From NCBI GenBank assembly GCA_047617785.1, contig JBLGBK010000002.1, positions 32,001 to 96,000 of the forward strand: a stretch of 64,000 nucleotides of DNA, read 5' to 3'. The position numbers and the translations under genes are program-made. The notes beneath the pieces are model-generated. The model was not told the DNA's origin. It worked only from the letters and a program-made list of their open reading frames with translations, and searched no databases. Shown here in pieces: positions 20,262-30,356 of the stretch. Position 1 is the first letter of the stretch, and each line of letters starts with the position of its first letter. The stretch comes from Colwellia polaris (lineage in GTDB: Archaea; Nanohalarchaeota; Nanosalinia; Nanosalinales; Nanosalinaceae).

Positions 20262-20828
20262 ATGAGCAGAAAAGAATCTGACAGCAAACTGGAAATAGGC
20301 GACGACGCACCCGAATTCGAGCTTGAGGACTATAAGGGAGAACACGTTGCTTTAAGCGACTTGGAAAACTTTGACGGCGTGCTTGTAGTATTCATGTGCA
20401 ATCACTGTCCATACGTTCAGACACAGGTAAATGAAATCAAACAACTAGCAGAAGACTTCCCTTCACTTGCTATTGTGGGGGTAAACGCAAATGTAGAGAC
20501 ACACCCCATGGATAGCTTTGAGAAGATGAGTGATTTTATAGAAGGAAAAGAACTCGCTCTACCAAACTTCTACTATCTCGCAGACTCAGAACAGGAAGTA
20601 GCAGAAAGCTACGGCGCCAAATGCACACCTGACCCATTTCTACTCGACTACCGGCACAAGCTGTTCTACCATGGGAAACTAAACGATAAGGAAGGCTCAG
20701 AAGACGAACCAGAAGAACGCTACATGAAAGAAGCTGTACAGAAGATGCTGAAAAGAAAAGAACCGCCGACAGAGCAGCCACCAAGCGTCGGATGCAGCAT
20801 AAAATGGAAAGACACGGTGAGTAATTAA
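20262..20828 (+). CDS. AhpC/TSA-like thioredoxin-family protein
   Basis: GDDAPEFEL, FMCNHCPYV, CTPDPF, SVGCSIKWK; ATG at 20262 preferred over 20217. Confidence 0.85.
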   Translation: MSRKESDSKLEIGDDAPEFELEDYKGEHVALSDLENFDGVLVVFMCNHCPYVQTQVNEIKQLAEDFPSLAIVGVNANVETHPMDSFEKMSDFIEGKELALPNFYYLADSEQEVAESYGAKCTPDPFLLDYRHKLFYHGKLNDKEGSEDEPEERYMKEAVQKMLKRKEPPTEQPPSVGCSIKWKDTVSN

Positions 20829-21388
20829 TGAATTTTCAAATAAAGCCTGATGAACACGATTTTAGAGATGCAAAAGATACTGTAGAAAGCACACTTGAAA
20901 CCTGCCAGTACACCCTTGAACGTGAAGAAAATTTCGAAGTAAATATAGGCTCCTATCCAGGAAAGCGGGGTGCCCGTGGGCTGGCTGAAGCTTTCAACTT
21001 GCAGATCTACTTCAACCCTGATGTTGAAGGTTGGCAGGATGAGCTTCGGCAGGTTGTACAGAATTACTATGCCAAATCCTGGTTTTACGAGAAGCATGAT
21101 CCTGCATTTTTCTGGGAAGAAGTTCTCGCCTCAAGTCTAGGATTAATGTTCTTGGAAGAAGCTGGTTTCGATCGGAAACCGGAAGAAGTTGAGTCAGCAC
21201 AGGCAGAATGGGAAGATAAGAAAGACCTACTTCCGGAAGAGGTTTTTAATGTTCGCACAGAGTTCTCCTGGCAGCTGAACTGGTTAATCGGCAAACAAAT
21301 ACTGGAAAAACACGATTTAGAAGATTTTGCCGAGTTAACGAAAAAGGATGTCGTCAAAGCCGGAGACAGTATAGGCGAGGTAATGTGA
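20828..21388 (+). CDS. Hypothetical protein
   Basis: Acidic ORF coupled to both neighbours (TAATG and GTGA overlaps). Confidence 0.65.
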   Translation: MNFQIKPDEHDFRDAKDTVESTLETCQYTLEREENFEVNIGSYPGKRGARGLAEAFNLQIYFNPDVEGWQDELRQVVQNYYAKSWFYEKHDPAFFWEEVLASSLGLMFLEEAGFDRKPEEVESAQAEWEDKKDLLPEEVFNVRTEFSWQLNWLIGKQILEKHDLEDFAELTKKDVVKAGDSIGEVM

Positions 21389-21933
21389 AAACGGTTTTCA
21401 TCGGTCGTTTCCAGCCGTTTCACCGCGGACACCACCAAGTAGTGGAGAAGTACAGCGAAGAGCATGAGCTACAGATCGCGATAGGAAGCTCGGAAGAGGA
21501 AGAAACCGAGAAGAACCCGTTAAGCTTTAAGGAACGTAAAAAACTGATCAGGGCTTGCCATTCCGATATAGAAATCACAGGTATAGCTGACGAGGATGAA
21601 AGCGAGGACGGAAACCAGAAATGGATCCAGAAAGTGAAGGAAAAAACCGGAGCCGAAGCAGTTATCTCGCAGAACCCTCTTGTCAAAGACATAGTTGCCA
21701 GAGATACCGAACTGAAACTAATTAAACAGGACCTCTACCAAGAAGAAATATATTCAGGAACCGAAGTCCGTAGGAGAGTAAGATCTGGTGAAGAATGGCG
21801 TTATCTTCTGCCAGACTGCTGCGAAAAACAGTTCGAAAAACTAAAAGACAAGATTAAGGAATCAGGGATACAGTACAATTTTGAACCCGGATGGAAGAAA
21901 GAGAACTCCTTTCACGACACGTTAGATAAATAA
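21385..21933 (+). CDS. nadM: Nicotinamide-nucleotide adenylyltransferase
   Basis: FIGRFQPFHRGH, AIGSS, NPLSFKER, YSGTEVRRRV. Confidence 0.88.
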   Translation: MKTVFIGRFQPFHRGHHQVVEKYSEEHELQIAIGSSEEEETEKNPLSFKERKKLIRACHSDIEITGIADEDESEDGNQKWIQKVKEKTGAEAVISQNPLVKDIVARDTELKLIKQDLYQEEIYSGTEVRRRVRSGEEWRYLLPDCCEKQFEKLKDKIKESGIQYNFEPGWKKENSFHDTLDK

Positions 21934-21940
21934 ATACAAT

Positions 21941-22717
21941 TTATAACTGGAAAAGAATTTTAGGAATCTCTTCTATCATATCTGTAGGTAGTGCGCCGTT
22001 ACCGTAAGCTTCAGCAGCTTTCTCTCCAGCCTTACCATTCAACCATACGCCTAGACGTGAGGCCTCAGTCAAACTCAATCCTTGTGAAATCAATGCGGCT
22101 ATAATTCCAGCCAACATATCTCCTGTACCTCCAACAGTCATCGCCGCGGAACCTGTACGGGAAGTATAGCGTTTTTCGGAATATATTTTATCGACTTTTC
22201 CTTTGACAACTACAACTCTGTCTTCAGTGGCGAAATCTTCTACAGAGCTGCTTCTATCTTCGATATGCTTCTTCTCGCCCTTGTGCGGAGCGAAAACAAC
22301 GTTGTCTCGATCTAGTTCAGCAGCCGGCTCTATCGCATCTGCATCAACTATAACAGGCGCATCTGTCTTTTCAAGAAGTTGTTTAACTGCTCCAGGTTCT
22401 GGTTGCGATAATCCTGGCCCTATAACCGCCGCATCACACCATTCCAGAAGCTCTTCCGCCTGATCAACGTCTTCTTCGGTAAAGTAGCCACCACTATAGC
22501 CTGATACAATCAAGTTTTCCGAGTATGACGCTACAGTATCCTGTATTTGCTCGGATGTAAGAATCTTCACTAAATCAGTTCCTGATCGGTAAGCCGCCTT
22601 TGCTGCTATCGCCGGCGCTCCCGTATAGTCTTTGCTTCCCGCGATTACTGCGACCTTTCCGTTTTCTCCTTTATGCGTATCTTTTTCGCGGTTGATTTTG
22701 CAGAGTATTTCCTCCAT
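21941..22717 (-). CDS. nnrD: ADP-dependent NAD(P)H-hydrate dehydratase
   Basis: HKGENGKVAVIAGSKDYTGAP, IGPGL, VDADA, PHKGE, GGTGDMLAG; ATG at 22717. Confidence 0.92.
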   Translation of the reverse strand: MEEILCKINREKDTHKGENGKVAVIAGSKDYTGAPAIAAKAAYRSGTDLVKILTSEQIQDTVASYSENLIVSGYSGGYFTEEDVDQAEELLEWCDAAVIGPGLSQPEPGAVKQLLEKTDAPVIVDADAIEPAAELDRDNVVFAPHKGEKKHIEDRSSSVEDFATEDRVVVVKGKVDKIYSEKRYTSRTGSAAMTVGGTGDMLAGIIAALISQGLSLTEASRLGVWLNGKAGEKAAEAYGNGALPTDMIEEIPKILFQL

Positions 22718-22825
22718 AGCCAATCATTTTATCTCCGGAGATAAAAAATAGGTCGAATTGAAGCCTTGATTGACCTCTACAGAATGTTTTTTATTCAAGT
22801 CAGGAGAATTGTATTACGTGATAAC

Positions 22826-23851
22826 ATGGTAAAAGTAGTTGTAAATGGAATCGGTACTATTGGAAAAAGAGTAGCAGAAGCAGTAAAACAGCAGGAAGAT
22901 ATGGAACTGTTCGGTATATCTGATGTATCCTCCAGCAGCGGAGTAAGAACGGAACTGAGCCCGAAAGGAGGGCTTCACGGAACAGATTTATATGCCTCCA
23001 ATGAAGACGGTCTTGAAACCCTGAAAGAAGAAGGAATGCATGTAGAAGGACTGCTAGAAGACGTCGCAGATCAGGTAGATGTTGTAGTTGACTGCACACC
23101 TCCTGGCGTAGACAAACTGAACAAGGAGAACCTCTACGAACCTCACAACATCAAGGCAATCTTTGAAGGAGGTTCCGACTCCGAAATTGCACCTGTATCG
23201 TTCAACGCAGATGCAAACTACGAAAAAGCAAGAGGAGAAGATTACGTAAGAGTTGTATCCTGCAACTCAACTTCTCTATCTCGAACTATGAGTGCACTAC
23301 GCGACAACTTTGGAGTAGAAGAAGCAGTTGCCAACCTGGTAAGACGGGGAGGAGACATCCCTCAGGATGGAAGAGGGCCTATAAACTCAACCGTCCCCGT
23401 ACCTGAAGTTCCAAGCCACCACGCGCCAGACGTGCAGGAAGTAATGCCTGAACTAGATCTCAAAACACTGGCAGTCAAAGTACCTGTGACCTACGGACAC
23501 GTACACATGGTTAACGCCGAACTGGAGCAGGAAGTGAGCGAAGAAGATCTCAAAGAAGCATTCCGCAATCAGCCACGAGTCAACCTGGTTTCAGCTGGCG
23601 AAGGATACGAATCAACAGGCAAGATCCACGAAAAGATGCGAGACTTAGGAAGAAAGAGAAGCGACATGCCTGAAGCAGCTATCTGGGAAGAAACAATCAA
23701 GGCAGAAGGAAGTAGCGTTTACTGGATCCACATGGTCCATCAGGAGGCAATAGTGGTTCCTGACAACATTGATGCAATCCGAGCGATGTTTGAGATGGAT
23801 GACAAAGAAACCAGCATCCAAAAGACCAACAACGCAATGAAAATTGAGTGA
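22826..23851 (+). CDS. gap: Type II (archaeal) glyceraldehyde-3-phosphate dehydrogenase
   Basis: [17 protein letters not shown], catalytic [24 protein letters not shown]; ATG at 22826. Confidence 0.95.
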   Translation: MVKVVVNGIGTIGKRVAEAVKQQEDMELFGISDVSSSSGVRTELSPKGGLHGTDLYASNEDGLETLKEEGMHVEGLLEDVADQVDVVVDCTPPGVDKLNKENLYEPHNIKAIFEGGSDSEIAPVSFNADANYEKARGEDYVRVVSCNSTSLSRTMSALRDNFGVEEAVANLVRRGGDIPQDGRGPINSTVPVPEVPSHHAPDVQEVMPELDLKTLAVKVPVTYGHVHMVNAELEQEVSEEDLKEAFRNQPRVNLVSAGEGYESTGKIHEKMRDLGRKRSDMPEAAIWEETIKAEGSSVYWIHMVHQEAIVVPDNIDAIRAMFEMDDKETSIQKTNNAMKIE

Positions 23852-23852
23852 A

Positions 23853-24809
23853 TCAACCCTCCAATTTCTTTTTTCTCTTATCTCTAACTAATTCTGCCGA
23901 AAACTTCAATCCCTCTTTAAAAGCTGCTTCGTAATCATTTCCATCTAAAGAAAGATAGAATTCGCTGTAAATTTTTCTGAAACTATCTATCATATTTTCA
24001 TCATAGCCCTCATCAGATATTAGTTCTATATGCTTCAATACCCTATCAATCTGATCATCTAAATATCCAAACCTATGCAGAGACCAATAATAACTCATCG
24101 CCTCACCTTCCACCGACACTAGGCTATCTAAATCATCGGTTAATTTCTGCCTTTTACGTAGAACCTCCATATACCGATCTATTTCATGATCGTTTCTTTC
24201 TAGTTCCTCTTCTAAAAACTCTCTACATTCTTGCTGAGGCCTGTTTCTAAGATTACTTATCTCCGATTTCACTTCATTAAGCCTTTGATTTAGCTCTTTA
24301 GCTCTCTGATCATTTGGGTCGTCGATATCCACATTCTCCTCCAGCATCTTCTGATGAATCTTTTCTCCTTTGCGTTCTAGCTTTTCAAGTTCTTTCTCAG
24401 GAACTTTAAATTCAGGGTGATCTTCTACCAGCTCTATATACGCTAGAAGGAGCTTAAAAAACTTTATTTCTTTGATCTCGGACGGATAAGACGGCAATCG
24501 CATATTTGCCTGGGAGAAAAATTTCCGAGCGTTATCGTAATTTTCTGCGATCATGTTTATGGCTTTAGATAGCCGAGACCAAGAAGCTCCTTGATCATAT
24601 TGCCATTTATGTAGTAGTTCATGCTCCAATGAGACTAACTCTTCATCAGAAAAAGATCCTGAAGTATCTATAACGATAGTATCCGATAATGGCATATACT
24701 TGCCCCCCACCTTATCTTGAAGTTCTCTATATTCAACACGTGCAGGCCTTCTGATATCAAAACCATAGTCTCTCAAATTGTCGATTGCCTCCTTGACAGG
24801 ATCATTCAT
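23853..24809 (-). CDS. Putative zincin-like metalloprotease with coiled-coil insertion
   Basis: GKYMPLSDTIVID...LEHELLHKWQ (HExxH) and a distal VEGEA. Confidence 0.5.
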   Translation of the reverse strand: MNDPVKEAIDNLRDYGFDIRRPARVEYRELQDKVGGKYMPLSDTIVIDTSGSFSDEELVSLEHELLHKWQYDQGASWSRLSKAINMIAENYDNARKFFSQANMRLPSYPSEIKEIKFFKLLLAYIELVEDHPEFKVPEKELEKLERKGEKIHQKMLEENVDIDDPNDQRAKELNQRLNEVKSEISNLRNRPQQECREFLEEELERNDHEIDRYMEVLRKRQKLTDDLDSLVSVEGEAMSYYWSLHRFGYLDDQIDRVLKHIELISDEGYDENMIDSFRKIYSEFYLSLDGNDYEAAFKEGLKFSAELVRDKRKKKLEG

Positions 24810-24920
24810 AGTAAATGTCAGCTTACAATCGGGTTTAAAGTTTTGTTCTATAGAACCACATGCCCTCTCACAAACCGCACTAACAGAAACATAAAACAGT
24901 TCTAAATCAAAATGTAACCT

Positions 24921-25967
24921 GTGAGAAAGAAAATCCTTCTAACTGGATGGGGTCACCCTCCGAAAATCGACGGCGGTCTGGACATACATGTTTACCACTT
25001 GTTTCAGGAACTGCAGAAGGAAGATGATCTGGAAGTAAAGCTAGCAATACCAAAAGAAAACGCTCCAGAAAAAGAAGATATCATCCCTTTAGAAACAGGA
25101 GAAGGCGACATGATCTGGAAATCCCGGAAGATGAGCTCCGAAGTCGCAAAGATATCAGAAGACTTCGATATAATTCATACACACGACTGGTTCGGAGCCG
25201 AAGCAGGCTATAAAGCCGCTAAATACTCAGATACGAAATGGGTATCAACTCTGCATTCTCTGACCTCCTCAAGAATCCGCGGCACGTCAGAAAAGATACA
25301 GCAGATGGAGGAAGTAGGAGTGAAAGAGCCCGATAGGCTTATCGCAGTCAGTGAAGGCCTGAAAAATGATATAGAAAAAGAGTTCGGGACAAAAGCAGAA
25401 GTAGTGTACAACGGGTTTTCACATCCTAGCTCAACAGGCAAAGAAGTAAAAGAAGAACGCGGTATCAAAAACGACATGATCTTCTTTGTAGGACGTCATG
25501 CCGAGCAGAAAGGAATTGAACATCTGCTTTACGGCTTCAAGAAGTTCTTAGACCAAGATAAGGACGCCTCGCTTGTTATAGGAGGGGATGGGCATATGAG
25601 ACAGGCTCTAGAAAACTTCACATCAATACTTGGAATTGAGGATAAGGTTTACTTTACAGGTTTTATACCTTCTGAAGAACTTGGAGACTACTATAGAGAA
25701 GCGGAAGCGTTCATATCTCCTTCAATCAACGAGCCTTTCGGCCTCACTATCACAGAAGCTCTAGAATCTGGCACTCCAGTACTTGCAACTGAAAGCGGAG
25801 TAAATGAGCTTATATCGACCAGTGCAATAACCGATATACAGCCAGAATCCGATTCTATAGCTGAAGGTTTGAAAGAGGCTCTGGCAAAGGATTCTCCGCC
25901 AGATTTTGATTCAAGGAGCTGGGAAGAAATGGCTGAAGACTATATGACTATTTACAGAGAGCTTTAG
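24921..25967 (+). CDS. GT4 glycosyltransferase
   Basis: PPKIDGGL, IHTHDW, FVGR..EQKG, PSINEPFGLTITEAL. Confidence 0.92.
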   Translation: MRKKILLTGWGHPPKIDGGLDIHVYHLFQELQKEDDLEVKLAIPKENAPEKEDIIPLETGEGDMIWKSRKMSSEVAKISEDFDIIHTHDWFGAEAGYKAAKYSDTKWVSTLHSLTSSRIRGTSEKIQQMEEVGVKEPDRLIAVSEGLKNDIEKEFGTKAEVVYNGFSHPSSTGKEVKEERGIKNDMIFFVGRHAEQKGIEHLLYGFKKFLDQDKDASLVIGGDGHMRQALENFTSILGIEDKVYFTGFIPSEELGDYYREAEAFISPSINEPFGLTITEALESGTPVLATESGVNELISTSAITDIQPESDSIAEGLKEALAKDSPPDFDSRSWEEMAEDYMTIYREL

Positions 25968-26194
25968 CCTAGAATCTTTATTTCATCAGGTTCTTCGTTG
26001 TGTAGGACCGCGTAACCATTTTCCGTCGAGGATAGAAATGTTGGATCTTCGTTATAGTACGTGGAGTCACTTCCCCCTTGTCCTGGAAGATAGATTCGTT
26101 CTCCGTTTCCGGAGTAGACTGCCAGTGCTACCTCTCGACTGGTTTCTAACTGGATAAGGTAACCGTTTTCTTTCTCAGTGATTTTGGTTTCCAT
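25964..26194 (-). CDS. Small hypothetical protein (GERIYLP motif)
   Basis: 76-aa acidic beta-rich ORF, divergent from the GH57 gene. Confidence 0.65.
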   Translation of the reverse strand: METKITEKENGYLIQLETSREVALAVYSGNGERIYLPGQGGSDSTYYNEDPTFLSSTENGYAVLHNEEPDEIKILG

Positions 26195-26300
26195 ATTATT
26201 AGTTGGTTACCGAGAGACTTTTAATCTTGTCAACGAAGCTTCTTTTCCCTCTAGCGTGGCAACATGCCGTGTTATAAATCAGGACTGGAAAAAAGGTTTT

Positions 26301-27515
26301 ATGGCTCCTATAACCCTGAGCTTCGAAGTTCATCAGCCTCACCGGTTGAGAGTCGATGGAGTCAACAAGGATGCCGATGACCTTTATGATCGCTACTTTG
26401 ACGATGAGATGAATGAACACTTCTTCAAAGACGTAGCTGAGAACTGCTACTTCCCTGCAACAGAGCGACTGTTGCGAAATGCGAAGAAGTTTCAGGACGA
26501 AGATCGACCGTTCAAAGTAAACTTTTCCATCTCAACTAGCTGGCTCGAACAGGCGCAAAAATACCATCCGGAACTTATAGATATGCTGAAGCAGTTTCCT
26601 GACAATACTATCGACTTCATCGGCCAGGCGCATTACCACAGTCTTGCAGGCCTTTTCCATGACAAGGAGGAGTTCAGAAATCAACTTCAGAAGCACAGAG
26701 AAATGATAAAAGACATCTTCGGCGTGGAAACCAAAGTAATGACCAATACCGAGCTTATTTACCATAACGAGATAGGAAAAGTTGCTTCGGAGGAAGGTTT
26801 TGACGGGATATTTACAGAAGGCGTTCCACGAGTCTTAGGATGGCGCTCACCGAACCATAATTATACACAGCCCGATTTCGTCACGGAAGAGGGTAACAGC
26901 ATCATGCTACGTAACCGTAAGCTGACAGATGACGTAGGATACCGCTTCTCTGCAGAATGGTGGGATGAATACCCTCTTACAGCTGAAAAATACGCTATGT
27001 GGCTTTCAGCCGAGGAAGGTGATGTAATAAATCTCTTCATGGACTATGAGACTTTCGGAGAGCATCACTGGGAAGGAACTGGCATCTTATGGTTCCTAGA
27101 GGATCTCCCGAAGAAAATACTTGAACATGACAACATGGAGTTCATGAAGGTGCGTGAAGCCGCTCAGAAAGAGCCGGTCGGAGATTTCGATGCTTTCGAA
27201 TACAACACAGTTTCGTGGGCAGATGAGGAGATGGATGCCTCTGCCTGGCTCGGAAATCCTGTGCAGAAGAAAATGTTCCAGAAGCTCCAGGAGCTAGAGC
27301 CTAAAGTGAAAGAGCTAGATGACGAAGAGGTACTGGAAGTATGGAGAAAATTCCTGACCTCCGACCATCTGCATCATATCGCGACAAAGACTATGGACGA
27401 CGGCTCTGTTCACAACTATTTCTCATACTTCGATCATCCGCATCAAGGTTTCGCAGTTATCATGGATCACCTTATGGACTTCCAGGTTCAGGTAGAAAAA
27501 CGGTTAAGAAGTTGA
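26301..27515 (+). CDS. GH57 alpha-amylase-like glycoside hydrolase
   Basis: FEVHQP, HYHSL, nucleophile NTELIY, FMDYETFGEH, SWAD, LTSDH; ATG at 26301. Confidence 0.93.
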   Translation: MAPITLSFEVHQPHRLRVDGVNKDADDLYDRYFDDEMNEHFFKDVAENCYFPATERLLRNAKKFQDEDRPFKVNFSISTSWLEQAQKYHPELIDMLKQFPDNTIDFIGQAHYHSLAGLFHDKEEFRNQLQKHREMIKDIFGVETKVMTNTELIYHNEIGKVASEEGFDGIFTEGVPRVLGWRSPNHNYTQPDFVTEEGNSIMLRNRKLTDDVGYRFSAEWWDEYPLTAEKYAMWLSAEEGDVINLFMDYETFGEHHWEGTGILWFLEDLPKKILEHDNMEFMKVREAAQKEPVGDFDAFEYNTVSWADEEMDASAWLGNPVQKKMFQKLQELEPKVKELDDEEVLEVWRKFLTSDHLHHIATKTMDDGSVHNYFSYFDHPHQGFAVIMDHLMDFQVQVEKRLRS

Positions 27516-27535
27516 GCGAGTGTTGAATTTCTTGG

Positions 27536-28480
27536 ATGGAAACAGAGAAAGTTGAGAAATGGCTGAAAGATAATTCAGAAGCTACGGGTCTTAAAGAATT
27601 CCATATAGAGGATTTAAGGCAAGGAGAGTCCAACCACAACTTTATAATTAATTCAGAAGGGAAAAAGTATGTTTTCAGAATTTCTAGAGAGATATCTCGG
27701 CGCAATAGGTTGAAAAACGAGTATAAATCTCTCAAGCTGCTGAAGAAAGCTGGCATGGAGAATGTGCCCGAGCAAATTTTCTTCAGTCCCGATACCCAAT
27801 TTGGCGCGGTACTTATCGAAAGCTTTGTCGGCGACAGCGATCTAGATAGAGCTGGAGAGCTAGAAAGCTTACAGATCAAAAAACTATCACAGCTCATGTC
27901 AAAAGCACATAAGATAAAACCCGAAGATTACAACCAGGTTTTCTCAAAGTCCAAAAGTAGCGAAAGAAGTCTGAAAGAGATCTACAGAGATGAATTTGAC
28001 ACATGGTCACGAAAACCGTACAAAGAATATCTGGATATAGCCGAAGACCCTATAGAAGAACTTGAACACTACTTCAATAAACAGAAGAAGCTAGTCAACA
28101 GTTTCGAAGATGAGAAAGTCGATCAAAGATTTATACACTCTGATCTCGGCTTTAACATTCGTGCCAGCGATGATGAAGTGTTTATAGTCGACTGGGAATA
28201 CGGTACTGTAGGTTACCCAGGCCATGATATTATGATACTGTTTGAGCACGGCAAGTTCACCGAAATTCAGAGAGAAGAATTCTTGGCCGAGTACCGAAAA
28301 CACCGGGATCTAGGAGACAAGTTTGAGAAGGTTAGAAAACTGCATCCAGGCTTCCTGGCATTTCACGATGCGGTCTGGGCAGCAAAGAGAGTTGAGCGAG
28401 AGGTGGAAAGAGAAGATCGTAGAAAGATGCTGGAGCGAAAGATGGAGAAACTGGAAACATTCTATAAAAACAGGACGTGA
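27536..28480 (+). CDS. APH/choline-kinase-like phosphotransferase
   Basis: LRQGESNHNF, KYVFRI, FIHSDLGFNI, IVDWEYG. Confidence 0.85.
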   Translation: METEKVEKWLKDNSEATGLKEFHIEDLRQGESNHNFIINSEGKKYVFRISREISRRNRLKNEYKSLKLLKKAGMENVPEQIFFSPDTQFGAVLIESFVGDSDLDRAGELESLQIKKLSQLMSKAHKIKPEDYNQVFSKSKSSERSLKEIYRDEFDTWSRKPYKEYLDIAEDPIEELEHYFNKQKKLVNSFEDEKVDQRFIHSDLGFNIRASDDEVFIVDWEYGTVGYPGHDIMILFEHGKFTEIQREEFLAEYRKHRDLGDKFEKVRKLHPGFLAFHDAVWAAKRVEREVEREDRRKMLERKMEKLETFYKNRT

Positions 28481-28490
28481 ATAAGTACCC

Positions 28491-29195
28491 ATGGCAGAAA
28501 AATTTATCGAAGTTGAAGATGGAGAAAAAGTTTCTGTAGCACATCATAAAGCAGATTCTGAAGAATGGATATTTTTCTGCCACGGTTATGGAACAGATAA
28601 AGAAGGTAGCTACGAGAAAAGAGCTGAAAGAGCAGCAGAAGAAGGTTTTAATGCAGTAAGATTTACTTTCCGAGGAAACGGAGATTCTGACGGAGATTTC
28701 ATTGACCAAAACTTGAGCTCTAGACTCCGAGATCTAAAATCAGTAATAGACTACTACCAGCCAGAAAAAATTATCCTCTTCGGAATGAGCTTCGGCGGCA
28801 AAGTTGTATTGCATGCGTTAGAAGACTTAGAAGTTGAATCAGTTGTTTTCAAGTCCCCCGTACTCTATAATTCCGAGATGGACAAGTTCAAAGAAGTCGT
28901 TGAAGAAAAAGGAAAGTACACTCATTTTGACGACAAAACTATTGACAAAAGATTCTTTGAGGATTTCGATAACTATTCTTTTCAAGAAGCCATCGAATCG
29001 ATAGATATGCCTGTTGCCCTATTCCACGGAGGCGATGACTCCACAGTCAAGTTCAAGAACACAGCAGACGCTGTGAAACACATGGATGCCGAAATCATGT
29101 TGAGAAAGTTCAAAGGAGAAACTCATTTCATGACCGCAGAAGCGGAAGAAAAACTTCTTGACGAAATGATGACTTGGCTGAAAAACCAAAACTAA
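28491..29195 (+). CDS. Alpha/beta hydrolase
   Basis: CHGY, FRGNGDSDG, nucleophile GMSFGG, HGGDDSTV, GETH. Confidence 0.9.
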   Translation: MAEKFIEVEDGEKVSVAHHKADSEEWIFFCHGYGTDKEGSYEKRAERAAEEGFNAVRFTFRGNGDSDGDFIDQNLSSRLRDLKSVIDYYQPEKIILFGMSFGGKVVLHALEDLEVESVVFKSPVLYNSEMDKFKEVVEEKGKYTHFDDKTIDKRFFEDFDNYSFQEAIESIDMPVALFHGGDDSTVKFKNTADAVKHMDAEIMLRKFKGETHFMTAEAEEKLLDEMMTWLKNQN

Positions 29196-30344
29196 TTATT
29201 CTATACCTAGTGCTCGCTTGTAGATGCCTGTCGTCCATGCGGAGATCTGTTCCCATCGGAAGTTGTCCTCTACACGTTCACGAGCATTGTCTCCTAGCCA
29301 TTCTGTCCATTCCGGATCGTTCAGGCTTCTGGAGACCTGATGTTCAATTGAGGTAGAGTCAGCAGGGTACGTATGTAGACCTGTGTATTCATGAACTATT
29401 GTATCCTTCATACCTCCAACATAACTTCCTACCGTGGCGGTTTCGCATGCTGCGGCTTCAAGAGGTACAATTCCGAATGGCTCGTATACTGATGGCGCGA
29501 CAGTCATCTTGGCATTCTTCATCAAACCTATTAGGTCTTCATCAGATACGTAACCAGGGAAGTGAACTTTGTCGCCGACCTTGTTCTTTGCTATTCCTTT
29601 ATAGTGTTCCGTGGCCCCGCTCCCCACCATTACAAACTTGGCTTCCGGATTATTATCTAGTATCTGTGGCATTGCTTCAATTAAATGTCCCGGACCTTTC
29701 TGAGGATACATACGGCCTACAAAAAGCACAATATTTTCCCAGTCCAGGGCATAGTCCCCTCGGTTGAGGTTCGCACTATGATTGTCGAATTTCTCCAGAT
29801 CTACACCGTTCGGTATATAGTTCAGCTTATCATCAGGCACTTCAAATGTATGTCTTACCTCTTCAGAAAAATCGCGTCCGACTGTTATTATCTGATCTGC
29901 CTGATATGTACCATACCATTCCAGATTGTGGATAGTCGACTGGTACTCCGAGTCGATTCCATCTCGTCCTTTCTGAGTTGAGTGAACCGTGAAAACCATC
30001 GGAAGATCTAAAGTATTCTTTATTCCTACAGAAGCAGGTACTGTCATCCAGTCGTGCGCATGCACTAAATCGAAGTCTTGATTCTTGGAGATTTCTATCG
30101 CTTTCTTCTCCATTTCATGCCCAAGATGCATCGACCAAGAAATAGTGTTGTCTGCTCTATCAGTACCTGTCAAACGGTGTATTTCCACGCCATCACGATA
30201 CTCTACCCCATCTTCAGTTCCATAAGTGATAACTACAGGGTCATGCCCCTGACTGGCCATAGTCGTAGCTAGGTCTTCACAGTGTGCAGCTATTCCTCCA
30301 GCCTTGATCGGCGGGTATTCCCAAGTAATGAAAAGCGGACGCAT
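29196..30344 (-). CDS. GT4 glycosyltransferase (glycogen-synthase-like)
   Basis: WEYPPIKAGG, VHAHDW, TVHSTQ, VGRMYPQKG, PSVYEPFGIVPLEA. Confidence 0.92.
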   Translation of the reverse strand: MRPLFITWEYPPIKAGGIAAHCEDLATTMASQGHDPVVITYGTEDGVEYRDGVEIHRLTGTDRADNTISWSMHLGHEMEKKAIEISKNQDFDLVHAHDWMTVPASVGIKNTLDLPMVFTVHSTQKGRDGIDSEYQSTIHNLEWYGTYQADQIITVGRDFSEEVRHTFEVPDDKLNYIPNGVDLEKFDNHSANLNRGDYALDWENIVLFVGRMYPQKGPGHLIEAMPQILDNNPEAKFVMVGSGATEHYKGIAKNKVGDKVHFPGYVSDEDLIGLMKNAKMTVAPSVYEPFGIVPLEAAACETATVGSYVGGMKDTIVHEYTGLHTYPADSTSIEHQVSRSLNDPEWTEWLGDNARERVEDNFRWEQISAWTTGIYKRALGIE

Positions 30345-30356
30345 AGTATTAACCAG

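Noticed and set aside
20828-21388. Zn-protease (DUF2268-like) assignment
   Set aside because: Only a vague resemblance and no HExxH motif.
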